From Intoshia linei (taxonomy: Eukaryota; Animalia; Orthonectida), in the NCBI GenBank assembly GCA_001642005.1, contig LWCA01000022.1, positions 1-64,000 on the forward strand: DNA of 64,000 bases. Direction: 5' to 3'. The translations under genes and the position numbers were made by a program. Position 1 is the first letter of the stretch; the number at the start of each line of letters is the position of its first letter. Positions 1 through 12,742 of the stretch are shown piece after piece. The notes beneath the pieces were generated by a model. That model had not been told where the DNA came from, searched no databases, and worked only from the letters and a program-made list of their open reading frames with translations.

Positions 1-1321
1 AACATATTCTGAACACATCTTAATTATATTGTATTTCTCTTTGGATACATATTTTCAGAAATCGTTATCCATAGAATAAACCTTTAAGAATAGATCAGAT
101 TTCAATGATACAATTTGCAATTCTGTTTCATCGCAATCAAAATCAAATAACTGAATTTTTTTTTTGATTAACTAATTTTCAAAAAGAAGGACAATTCGTG
201 TTTTTGACCCGTAAGATGTGAGTTTGGGAGGTTGAAATGTATTTTGCTACATCTACGAAAAAAACTGTAATTGAAATGTGGACTTTATAAAATTCTAAGA
301 GTGGTAGTTATTGAAATAAACGGTAACACACACACAAAAAATATTGGATAGCATATTATATAAGTAAGGATCTAAATATGTCAAAAGTAAATTATATACA
401 TATATATTATATTAAAATTTTGTATTATATATAAAGAATATACTAATTGAAATAATTGAGTTTACTTTTTTTGATTCTAAATTTTTTGAAAATTAAAAAT
501 TGCGTAGCAATAAAAAAGAAACTGAAGGGATCGATTAATGTATTAAAAACCAAAATTCTGTATTTTAAATGTGTAGAGTCTACAGACTATAGACCAGTTT
601 CTTTCAACTTTTTTTCAATTGGGCACACTTAAAGAAAATGAAAAATTTTGGGTGCACTGGTTATTACCGTACTATGTAATAATTTTTTTTAAAAAAAAAA
701 ATTTTAAAATGGAGTTGGATCATAAAGGTGTGCGTTTCTGAGGCTGAATTTACGACAATGCTAAAGATTTTAAAATGCGTCCATAATTCATGTTTTTTTA
801 ATTTTTGGGCAAATTATATTTATAAAAATAAGGTAAAATTGGGTTGTTGACCTTGAAATACTCAATTTAGGAAATTGAAAGATAGATGTAAACACAATCC
901 ACAAAACACTGTATTGGATATTGGTTTTTTTTAATATTTTTTGAATTGTAATATAAAAACATTTGTGCGTTCAATTCTTATTATTATTAACTTTATATTA
1001 GTCACAAATAAAAACACATACTCTAATTTACCATTAGTAATGTGTAATTAGTAATGGTCCATTACACATTTTCCATTTACATCTACAAAAAATGTTACAA
1101 CTACACACTTAAAATAATCCTGACACGAGGTATATAAATTTTGGGAGCACTTGGTTAGACTGTGTAATACATTGTATATAAAAATTGAATAAAATTGTTG
1201 AGAACTAAGTAATATCGTTTTTATTCGATTGTACTCGATACAACTTAATTTAACTTTTCATAACTCGACTTTAATGAAATACAAAATATATACTGTAATA
1301 TGATTTTACTTATAAATTTAG

Positions 1322-4300
1322 CCTACAGTTTGTTAAAAAAATATCTAAAGCTTCCATATTGATATGTGGCGGAGACGGCACTATTGGTTGGATAATGGAT
1401 ACAATGGGTAACTTCATTTAACGTAAAGTAAGTACAGTACATGTTAACTGGATATACTTGTATAAACTGTAATTTGATTTTGAAATCTACGACTATTTTT
1501 ATGTTTGAAAAAACGGGTAATATGGGATTTTGATTGTGAAAATATACTTTTTTTGCGGTTGCGATTTATGATAATGTTCATAATTTAAAAGAATATCGAG
1601 AATTTATGTTTTATAAAATTCTGTGCCTTTTTTTATTTTTAAAAAAAGGGTAATTTGGGTTTTGCTCATGAAGGTGTTCGATCTGAGGTGAGTTTTACAA
1701 AAATATTAATTATTTTAAAATGTGTCCTTGAAATTATGTTTTTTTAAATTTTTGGGCTGATTTAATTTTAAAAAAAAAAGTGGGAGAAATAGGTTTTTTA
1801 CCCTGTAGATCTCATTTTTTCTTAATGAAAATTTTGATACTGCATAACTCTTGAAAATTATATTAGAAATTTAGTTTTTTAATGTCTAAGACTGTTAGTG
1901 TTTTAAATAAACGGTAACACACACAGGGATTGGAAATAATTGATTGCAATCGATTATTTTGATGAAACCAATTAATTGTTTGTTAAATATTTATTTTTTA
2001 ATTAATTTCAAAAAATAAAAATTGTATCTTTTTATCAACGTAATATTGGATGAACTAATAAATTAAAATTTAAAATGTGCAAAAATTAAATTTAATTTAT
2101 AATAATATCATTTTAAGGAGGCAACACTCATTATAGCGTTTCATAGTCCCACCATGCGTAATTTGTTTTCAGAAACAGTAATATTTCCATATTCGATGGA
2201 AGAAGCCTTTTTCTCAAATCATTAAATGCAATCCATCTAGACCAGGTGAACACAACCTTTCCATTAATTCAGCCGCAAAATTACTTTACGCATTGATACT
2301 ACAGCCACACAAAATTTAATTTGACATTGGGAGAGTTTAAATCCATTTTGAGAAAGTGGGCAAAGTCAAAAATGTAACATTTTGATAAAAATAATAAATA
2401 ATAAAAAAATTCCCTTGAATTTGAAGTAAAATGATATATGGCATTATGATGACATGGCTTGCCCACAGCCGCACATAAACGCTTAATAAATGTATATCAT
2501 AATGATATTTATAAATAAAAAAAAATTATTTTATCAATTGTGAACCATTTCGAGTTAAAGTTGAAAAAACGTATAATTTGTGTTATGATTATTCTTTATG
2601 GTGGATACCAAAATTTATTTGCGGAACGTGTCATGCAGCTGTTAACAAAAATTTCAAAATATTTACAAATTTAAGAAATTTGCAAAAACGAAAAATAGCC
2701 ACCGAGTGTTATTTCTGTCTATCTACCTTTTTAACACTTCCAAGCATCATGGCTAAACCATTGCTCTATGATTTTTTAAACATTCAATCCTCTCTTCAAC
2801 CAGTGAGGAGTAAAAACTGGTGCATTATTGATGAAAGTTCTAAAGAAAGCATTTTTTCCTCCAGTCAGTCATATTTATCTAGTCCACAAAAACCAGGCCA
2901 ATCTAAATTAAACAGGCTTTCAGCGGTGCTTCAATTATCAAAATCAAAGTCAGAGACAATGGTTACATTTTTAAATTAAATTGGTATTACGTGTAATGAT
3001 GTCCATCAATGTAGCACAGATCACGTAATTTCGAATTTACACAATTTTTTAACCAATCTGGTGACATTTTTTATGTTCAAAATTTGGATAATTTACTGAT
3101 CGAATTAAAAATTCAGCATATTTCCTCTCAGTGGTTTTTTTTATGAATTCATCGACACAGTTTTAAAGCTGTTTTAATTCACTCCAAACATATCTATTCA
3201 CTAATACCACTGGCATATGGTAAGGCATTGAAGGAAGATTAAAACACTTTTGACGATCTGTTATGTCTTATAGAATATAAAAAATATGAATGGATGGTAT
3301 GCAGTGACTTAGAGATGGTTAATATTCTAATGGGTACTAAGGGAGGATTACAAAATATTCATGTTATCTATTCTTATTTGATTCACGATACAGGGACGAT
3401 CACTATACTAGAAAATCTTGGCCAGTTCAGGTGCATATTGTGGGTGAATACAATTACATATTCTTCTAATTCCAAAAAATAAAATAATTTCTTCTCCATT
3501 GCACTTGAAGTTAGGATTTTCACGCCAATTTCTTTCAATATTATATCATGAGAGCCACACCAATAAAATTTTAAGAACTATCAATCCCACGTTTAAATGT
3601 GCATTAGCACATTTAACTAATGCTAAATTGTCAAACGGCATCGTTACCGGACCTGAACTTACAAAATTATTTAAATCAGAATAATTTACGGAATCTCTAC
3701 CAATATCCAAAAAGAAAACTTGGAATGCCTTCAAATTATAGTGTTCAGATTTTTTGGGAAACAAACGCTCCATCATATATTAATATTATTAAATAATTTA
3801 TTAAGTCATACTGAGACGCTAATTGCTACTTAAGCATTAAAATTCATGTTACATTCACACCGGAAACATTCCAACTCGGTTTATCATTTAAAAATAAAAG
3901 CTAAAAAAATGCTGTCAATATTATATTAAAATAAAAAAAAATATATTCATAAAATTTTCAAATTCTCGCGACCCCCGGTTGAAAACCACTGGTCTAGACT
4001 GAAAAATCTTTAAACCACATTGGATGTTGGAATTATACATCTAAAATCCATATACACTCTTAGATCAGCAGTTGACATTCGACGCTTTTTTAATATTGAA
4101 TTAGCAAAATCAAAGTCACTATCAATATTATCACTTTTTATTCATCTATTTTTATCTATATCTATTTTTAAATTCAAAACTGACTTTAATTCAATTTTAT
4201 ATAAGCAACTGTTCATGGTTGTCTATAATTTTAATCGTTACCTTTTGTAAGTTTTTGTTCAAAACGATTTTAGCGTCATCATGTATTTTTTAAATTATTT

Positions 4301-7300
4301 CATAAACGGATAAAGGCGAATTGTTTTATTTAAAGATTTCGAACATCAACTACATCTGTGATTACAATTACATTATCTTTCAAGATCAACAGTAACAGAT
4401 TGAAATTTTTTTAATATTCTGTTTTTGTTTGTAAGAGTGTTAATATGGCATCTTCCTTTTTATTTGGTTTGGTTTTAATTTTATTCATGTACATAGTGGT
4501 TTATCATTTTATAGAAATGTTTAGCTTTTGATAAACCGACTTTCAATTTTTTAAAAAAACCTATTACAAAAAGAAGTTTTCATCTTTACGAGCGTCTACT
4601 ATATGTACTGTTTTATAAAGCGTAGACAGGTCAACATTTAGTTTAAAAAAGGCTTTGAATACAGCTTTAAGTATTTTATTTTTTAATTGTTTCATATATT
4701 TGGATATAAAATATATTATTGTCAACATTTATTATATTTAGATAATGAAGGAATGTTGGAAAAATACCCTATAGCAATATTACCATTAGGAACAGGAAAT
4801 GATTTATCGAGGGTTTTGAATTGGGGTGGAGGTTTATTTTTGACATTTCAATATTAATTTAAATAATCCAATTCGTATAACTTAAAAAATACAAAAATAT
4901 CTAGTACGATTCAGTTTTATTACAGTATACCAAATATTAATATCTTTAGTATCATTTTAGGTACATAAATATAATGGATTGAATTGAATTAATGAATATA
5001 AATTATAATTATTATTACATATGAGTCATTCTCTAGCAAATAAAAAGTAAATATTTAAATTTAAGTGACCTAGAGCAGTGGTTCCCAAAGAAATATATTG
5101 TCGCCCCCCCCTCACAGTATACAAATATTTTTCGAAAAGATCAATTAGTACAAGCCTTTATTTTTACAATTAAGTATTATTTTGTCTATATCTGGTTCAA
5201 TACTAGTGTATGCTAATCTCAGGTCGTTTTGAACATCCATTCTTGATCTTCGTTTGTTTTAATTGTCAAGCCAGAAAATGTTTTTTCACATAAATATGTT
5301 GATCGAAAGACAAAAGAATATTTATAGCAATATTGGATGTTTTTGGGTAAATACCATTATTTTAATTATTCAGACATAAAATTGATAATAGTACTGTAAT
5401 ATGGTAGCACTAATTAAAGGAAAAATTGATGTGAGGAGTTAATTAAAATAATTAATTAGCTAAATCTCGTAAGAGTTAATATTATTTAAATTTATTATAA
5501 TCCTAAATTAATCCGAATTTCAAGAATATATTAATTAACATATTTAATATAAATAAACAACATAAATAAACGATAACATAATTAATATAAATATCAAATA
5601 CTAAATCAAATTAAGGTTAACGATATTAATTTAATTTTAAAATTTTTCTTAAATTTTCGCCCCCCCCCTCAGACTCTGTATGCCCGCTGGTGGGGCCAAG
5701 CCCCCATTTGGGAACCACTGTCCTAGAGTAAACTATATCCAAAATTCATACTCATAGATGGACTTAAAATGCGCGTATTATAGCGTGCAACATGGTTATT
5801 TCCACTATTTTACATATAAGTAAATAATAAAACGTACATTTACAGCAGAATTGCAAAATTTCCAAAATCTAATTTAATTTTTAATTTAATTGATCAAAAT
5901 ATAAATGTTTCCATGATTAAATAATTCACTTGCATCATGAAAGCTATGAAATGTCTAATTTAAATATATATATTTGTAAAATTCGTTCGTAACCATTAGA
6001 ATTGCGAGATTCTCGCAATTTCTGGCAACTCTGATTTACAGTTAAAAACCGTTACGGCGTTACGCGCAAAAAATAGGATAAAATTTAAACATCTGTTTTT
6101 TGATTATTTTTGTGAATATTTAATAAATTAAGGTTTTGTAATAAATTTAATAGTGAGATAAGAACGTAGTTAACAAATATTTCTGAAATTCAAAAATATC
6201 TATTCTTGTAATTAGACTATAAATTCGGTTCAAAATACACATAAAATGTTACGGTGTTACGAATTAAACTTATTATTTACGTTATACATTTATGGTATTC
6301 ATAAATTGTAATTTATAACCACAAAACGGTGATTCACCTCTATGTTATAATAAATTAACACTTTAATTAAAATTAATATAATAATATTAAATAATTATAT
6401 ATTTTAATTATTAACTCATGCTTTTAAATTTTAAAGGCATTTTTAGGCACATTCGATAGAGTTTAATTTTCTGAAAATTACTATGTACTGTTATTACTTT
6501 TTTAGTCAATATTGGCATAGTTATGAGGCATTCCTTTTGAGGATGTATTTTAAAATATAATATACTAGCTTGACTGTTATGTACTACGTACAAACAGCAC
6601 CTAGCTCTGTCGAGGGCACTCTTTTATTATACCAAAAAAATAAATTCATGTTGAAAATCTAACTTAAAAATCCTACTATTCACTATGATCAATCCTTTAA
6701 AGGAGTGGTTTCCAAATTTGTTGTAGGTGGAACGATCATATCACATTACTTTTTACTTTAAAGTGAATTATTCCATCTTTATTTTTTGTTCGTTAACATT
6801 TGCGTAAAGAATTTTAAAAACAATTGTTATCCCATTTTTTTAATTTATTAGACGAAAGTGTGTATAATATTAAAAATAAAGTAAAAACAGTCCAATCCTA
6901 AAAATTGGCATGAATAGTATAAATTCCATAAAAAATAAAATTATAAAAACCTATTTTGTCATCTTCAATGTGATAATACCAATGTAATAAATACTTAAAA
7001 ATACCAATTGTATATCAATAATTAACTGAATCTTCACTTTATAAACATTTCAGTCGAATTTTACCATTATTGCAAAGAATGGTAATATAAAAATGATATT
7101 AACAAAGTTTTTTAGTTTTGATGTTTAGTTTCTTAATTAAATTTGAATGTTTTAATAAAAATGTTTTAAAAATGAAAATTTGAAATTTTAAAATTGCGTA
7201 GCAATGAAAAAAATTCGGAAGGAATGAATTATATAGATTTTCACCCATATTTCTTTATTGGAAATGTGTAGACGCACAATGCACATTTTTTTTAAAATTG

Positions 7301-10300
7301 TAGGATCAATATTTACATTTTCAATTTTTGATTTAAATCAAAATATTTGAAAAATATTGGTTGATAAAATATTAAAAATTATTTTTCACCGGGAATGCGT
7401 AGATTTCTGACGTTGAAATTTTGTATTTTATTAACTGGAATAAGCTCTATCAGAATAATCTTTTTTTTAATTTTCGGACTCTTAATTATTTCACATTTTT
7501 TGTTTTAATAAAATATTTTGAAAAAAAATATATGAATACTAAAATCCTTTTTTGACCATGAAGTCGCGACTTATTTGGATTGAAATTTGTTGTGTGTATT
7601 AACAGGATACAACTGTACCACCTGTGAATTTTTTGAAATTTTAGGGCTGTTTTCATTAAAAAAAGAAGGGTAATTTGGGGTTTTGGCTTTAAAGATATAA
7701 TTTTTTTAAATTTAAATTTATGATAATGTTGATGATTTTAAAATTTGTATCAGCGTATATATTTTTTTAAATTCTCCAACTCGTTTGATTTTCAAAAAGA
7801 GGGACAACTGGGGTTTTTAACCTGTAAGATGTGAAATTGGGAGTTTGAAATTTATCATAATATACGTCCCGGCAAAAACTGTAATTGATTTGTGGTCTTT
7901 AAAAAATTCTAAGACTGGAGTTATTTAAATAAAACGTAACACACACAAACAAAAATCGCGTAGCATATTATATAAGTTAGGATTCTACTTTTTTATGTCA
8001 TAATTTCTTAATACAGCCTTAATATTAAATTTCCTATAATAATTTTGCAATATCCTGAAAATATAGGAACAAAAGTAACAAAAAACGTAAAAATAAATAT
8101 GGTAGCATATAATATAAATTTATGGTTATCACAGAAAATAGCACATTATGTTTACTAAATATTTTTGCATTTGTTATTTTTGTATACGAATACTACAAAT
8201 GATTATTATTAATCTTAAATTTACTTGAATCAAAACCATCCATTGTACATCTATATTAATAAATAATTTAGGATATGAAAACGAAAATTTGAAGAAATTA
8301 ATGAAAAATATAAAAAATTCAGCAGAAATCATACATTTGGATCGATGGAGCATTTATAATTTTGATTCAGAAAAAAAGATGGACATTAATGACTGCGAAG
8401 ATTCAGAAGAATTTGAAAAACCGGGAGAAAATACAAAAATCCCATATAACATAATAAATAACTATTTTAGCATAGGAGTGGTAAAATATTAATATTAACA
8501 TACAAATACATTAGCGCGGTTCAAAATAAAATTGACACAATATTTTTGACCATACATTGTATTTGAGTAATTTGTAAAAAAACTTGTTAACCCTTTGAGG
8601 AATATTCGTTATATTAAAATGAGATACATGGGTGTTGTAAAATTTAAAACGAGTTAATTAGAATTGAATTGTATTTATTACACAACATGCCAATTTTGCA
8701 CTGTATTTTGCACAATATTACATGTTTGCTTTCTAGGTACCCATTAACGGCCAGTGTTTATTTTTACGAACATTTAGTTTAAATTGTTTAAACAAATTAT
8801 ATAAATGTAAGACTATTTTTCATGCGTGTATGATTTATACAATTAATAAACAATTTAGTAGGATTGATAACAATTGCTCTAACCTCTCCACAGTGAGTTT
8901 TTTCATGAATAAAAATGTGAACAGCTAGCTTTAAAATGAATTATAAAATTTTAAGATAAAACTTTTTAATGTTAAAAAGATGTTGGCTATCTGGTTTATT
9001 CAAGTTTCAATTAAACTTTTAAACATACTCTATAGTTGCCAGAGTTGTCGACCCTAAAGTTATATACATAGAACAGAATAATATAAAATTTATGAGCAAT
9101 AACATTACATATGCATTTATAACTATCATTTAATAATATATAGGATGCCTCTATAGCACAAAAGTTTCATATGAAACGAGAGAAAAATCCAAAAAAATTT
9201 AAATCAAGGTAATGAAATTTTTTCATAATTAAAAATTTTACAGAACAATGAACAAATTTTTTTATTTTGAATATGGAACATTAGAATCTTTAATTAACTC
9301 GTGTAAAAATTTACACGAACATATCGAACTACAGGTTTGCAGTATAATTGTTCATCATTGAGTTATTTTAGTGTGATAATGTAGATATCAACCTAAAGGA
9401 CGGTCCGTCATTGGAAGGTCTAACAATACTCAACATTCCGTCAATTTATGGCGGAACAGATATTTGGAATGAATCGAAAAATAAATCTAAAATTAGTCAG
9501 TTCAAAAATAGTTTAGCAACTGGACATCAGGAATTGAAATATAAACAACAAGGTAGAGATTATGGATGGAAATAATTAATAGCAATCAATTATTTTGTAT
9601 AAACCAATTAATTCTTTGCTCAATATTAATTTTTCAATTAATTGATTTTTTCATGTAACTGAAAAAAAATGAATTGAATCTTTTTATGATGATTAAACGA
9701 AAAAATTAAATTTAATCATTATACACTATAAGTTATAATAATACAATATAAAGGTGTCAAATTGACACTGTCAACACTCATTGTAGCGTATCACAGTCTC
9801 ACTATGCTTTATTTATTTCCAAAATTCCAAATTCGAAAGAAGAAATAAAATAAATAATATAAAAATATTTTCTAAATACTATTTTGCAAATAAAATATAA
9901 TGTAACGAACAACAGTTTGATAGTATAATAAAATTTATCACTTTTCATTATTCTATGCAATTTTAGAAGAATAGAAACGCGTTAGTCACCAAAAAAATCA
10001 TTTATTTAATCTACTAGCTTGACTGTTATGTATTTCGGACAAACAGCAACCTAGTATATTCATTATAACAACATGACCAGCTTTTTAAAAATTATTATGA
10101 TATTGTTATCAATCAACAATTAATTGAAATTTTTTTGATATTTCAAAATAGCAATTTTTTTCAATTAATTGATTTTATTTTCAATAATTTTTTATCAACT
10201 AATTGCAATTAAATTGGTTGCAATCAATTAACTCATATCCCTGGTAGAGATATTATGATTTATGGCCTAATGGAAAGTTTTCCATTATATTTGTGTAAGT

Positions 10301-10687
10301 TTTAACAAAAATTACTTAGATATTGGTGACGGTAAAATGGAGATTGTTGGAATAACGGGTGCAATACACGCCGGTCAAATTAGAACTGGATTAAGTAAAT
10401 CTGGTCGTCGTATTGCACAGTGCAGTAAAATAGAAATAAGGTATAAATATGAACAATTGGTACATAAATGTATAACACCAATTTACTATTATTTATTTTT
10501 CATTATATAAATTATAGGACCAAAAAAACATTTCCAATGCAAATAGATGGAGAACCCTGGAGTCAAAAACCTACATTAGTAAAAACTATATTAATAAATT
10601 CACTTTTAAACTATTTAGATAAAAATACACTTTAAGAATAGCGGACTCATGTATAAAAAATTAAATAAAGCCCAAATAGACAGTTGA
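1322..10687 (+). CDS. Diacylglycerol kinase, type I (DGK alpha/beta/gamma-like), 3' portion; the 5' part lies upstream of the window
   Basis: GT-AG exons with consistent phases: 1322-1407 ([12 protein letters not shown]), 4742-4831 ([18 protein letters not shown]), 8272-8480 (LDRW...[13 protein letters not shown]), 9144-9208 ([19 protein letters not shown]), 9244-9334, 9372-9552 (LNIPSIYGG), 10320-10440 ([11 protein letters not shown]), 10518-10578 (PMQIDGEPW), 10619-10687 (stop TGA). These are DGK catalytic and accessory domain motifs. Confidence 0.93.
2530..3870 (+). pseudogene. Decayed DNA transposase, probably Chapaev3 (CMC)-like, inside a DGK intron
   Basis: Frameshifted fragments in the expected order: [57 protein letters not shown]...FLGN, LKIH..HSH. 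Multiple stops and frameshifts. The family assignment is from recalled motifs. Confidence 0.65.
5076..5720 (-). mobile_element. Non-autonomous hAT (Buster/Charlie-like) element
   Basis: TIRs CAGTGGTTCCCAAA / TTTGGGAACCACTG. Near-identical 8-bp TSD ACCTAGAG / TCCTAGAG with central TA. Minus-strand remnant of the dimerisation domain (YLCEKTFS; [21 protein letters not shown]). Confidence 0.85.
5748..8130. repeat. Dispersed repeat family B copy, interrupted by a Helitron at 6565-7982
   Basis: 5748-6560 and 7985-8130 are colinear with 61055-61645 (CATACTCATAGATGGACTTAAAATG...; ...AATTTTGCAATATCCTGAAAATATA...ATATGGTAGCATATAAT). Confidence 0.8.
6565..7982 (-). mobile_element. Non-autonomous Helitron (family A), apparently full length, about 1.4 kb
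   Basis: Reads on the minus strand as A|TCCTAACTTATATAATATGCTAC..(TG)n ... GTACGTAGTACATAACAGTCAAGCTAG|T. It has a 5' TC, a 3' CTAG, a subterminal palindrome, an A|T target and no TSD. Confidence 0.8.
9561..10243. mobile_element. hAT-type MITE (family C) with a perfect 8-bp TSD
   Basis: TSD GTAGAGAT at 9553-9560 and 10244-10251. The right end is ...CAATCAATTAACTCATATCCCTG. The left end is homologous to another copy starting CAGGGATTGGAAATAATTGATTGCAATC at about 1924. Confidence 0.75.
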
Positions 10688-10984
10688 AGATTTTTCAGTT
10701 CCCTTGTACACATTTTATGTAGATTATACTGATTTGTTTCACTTTTTTATATTTTATTATGTGTATATTATACAAAATTATACACTGTAGACTTAATTAA
10801 ACATTTCTTCTAACGGTTGATTAATTATTATTATTATAATTAATTAATTACTAAGTTGAAAAGATCAGTTTTAGTAAGTAAAATCAATTTTAGTTATCAA
10901 AGATCACTAATAAAATTTTTGGTTAAAATTTATTCCAACTAAACTAAAATTGACAGTACAGTCAAGCATCGTTAGAGTCTAACG

Positions 10985-12626
10985 GTAAAAAACCCCAATG
11001 GTTCCTTTTTTTTGAAAATCAAACGAGTTGAAGAATTTAAAAAAATATATACGCTAATACAAATTTTAAAATCATAAACATCATAAATTTAAATTTAAAA
11101 AAATTATATCTTCAGGGCCAAAACCACAAATTACCCTTTTCTTTTATAATGAAAACAGCCCTAGAATAATTTTAAAAGATTGTATAAAATTGTATAAAAA
11201 ATTTTTAAAGATGATACAGTTGTATCTTGTTAACACACACAAAAAATTTCCATCTGAATAAGTGACGAATTGACGGTGAAAAAAGCATTTTAGTATTCAT
11301 ATATTTTTTTTTCGAAATATTTTATTAAAACAAAAAATGTGAATAATTTACAAGTTCCAAAATTAAAAAAGTGAGATAATTCTGATAGAGTTTATTCCAG
11401 TTGATATAATTAAAAAATTTCAACCCCAGAAATCTACGCATTGCCGATGAAAAATAATTTTTAATATACATTATCAACCATTTTTTTTAAATATTTCAAT
11501 TTAAATAAAAATTGAAAATGTAAATATTGATCCTACAATTTCAAAAAAAATGTGCATTAAACGTCTACACATTTCCAATAAAAAAATATGGGTGAAAATC
11601 TATATAATTTATTCCTTCGCAATTTTTCAATATTAAATTTTCATTTTGAACATTTTGTTGAAAATTTAAATTAAAACTACAACAACGAATTACTAAAAGT
11701 AATACAACTTTGTTTTATCATTTTTATATTTATTACAAGTCCTTTGTAATATTGGTAAAATTCACCTGAAATATCTTTATAAAGTGCTGATTCCTTTAAT
11801 ATAAAGTGGCTAGATTTTTAACGTACTAAATTAAAGTGTTCAGAAAAATACGTTTTATCACTTTTAGTTTATTTGGAATAAATTTTAAGTCGAAAATTTT
11901 TATTCATCATCATAGATAAGTAGTTTTGACTTACATTTAAGTTAAATTTTAACACCAAATAAACTAAAATTAATTGTGTTGTTTTTCTGGCCACTTTAAG
12001 TAAATTCGTACTAGTTACTTAGAAACTAAAATTAAATTAAATTTAAAATCTCGGTCGAAATTGAAGTTAAACTAATACATTTATATTACATTAGTATTTA
12101 TCATTAGACATAATTTTTAGACATATTGTACTCACACTAATTAAATTTGTTTTACTTTAAAATTGACATTTGAGTTTTGAATTTGAAATTGAAAAATATA
12201 TATAGAATAAAACTTTTAATTTAATTACAATTGAGAAAGTTTATTTCAAATAAAACAACGAAATTGAATAAAAAGTAATGTGATATGATGGTTCCACCTG
12301 AAACAAATTTGGGAACCACTCTTTTAAAAGATTGATAATAGTGAATAGTAGGATTTTTAAGTTAGATTTTCAACGTGAATTTATTTTTTAAGTATAATAA
12401 AAATGTGCTCTCGGCAGAGCTAGGTCCTGTTTGTACGTAGTATGTAAATTTATTTTTTGGTAGTATAAAAATGTTCCCTCGGTAGAACTAGGCTACGATG
12501 GGATTGATAATAGTGAATAGTAGAATTTTTAAGTTAGATTTTCAACGTGAATTTTTTGATAGAATAAAAATGTGCTCTCGGCAGTGCTAGGTGCTGTTTC
12601 TACATAGTACATAACAATCAACCTAG
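10985..12626 (+). mobile_element. Helitron family A copy, 5'-truncated, with a triplicated 3' terminal module
   Basis: Reverse-complement similarity to 6565-7982. Ends ...ACATAACAATCAACCTAG|T. The module GTG(C/T)(T/C)CTCGG..GCTAGG occurs at about 12405, 12473 and 12572. Confidence 0.75.
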
Positions 12627-12742
12627 TCTTATATAAACAGTTGAGTATTTATTTTATTTTTTATGTAGAACATTTTTAGTAAATTTCTGTCAAATCCTAT
12701 GTAAATATTTATCTTGTGTAGAATTTATAATTAGAACTTTTA

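Noticed and set aside
595-3991. Possible single hAT element from the TIR-like end at 595 to the TIR at 3991
   Set aside because: The flanks match only 6/8 and the span would include a conserved DGK exon. More likely the ends of two separate elements.
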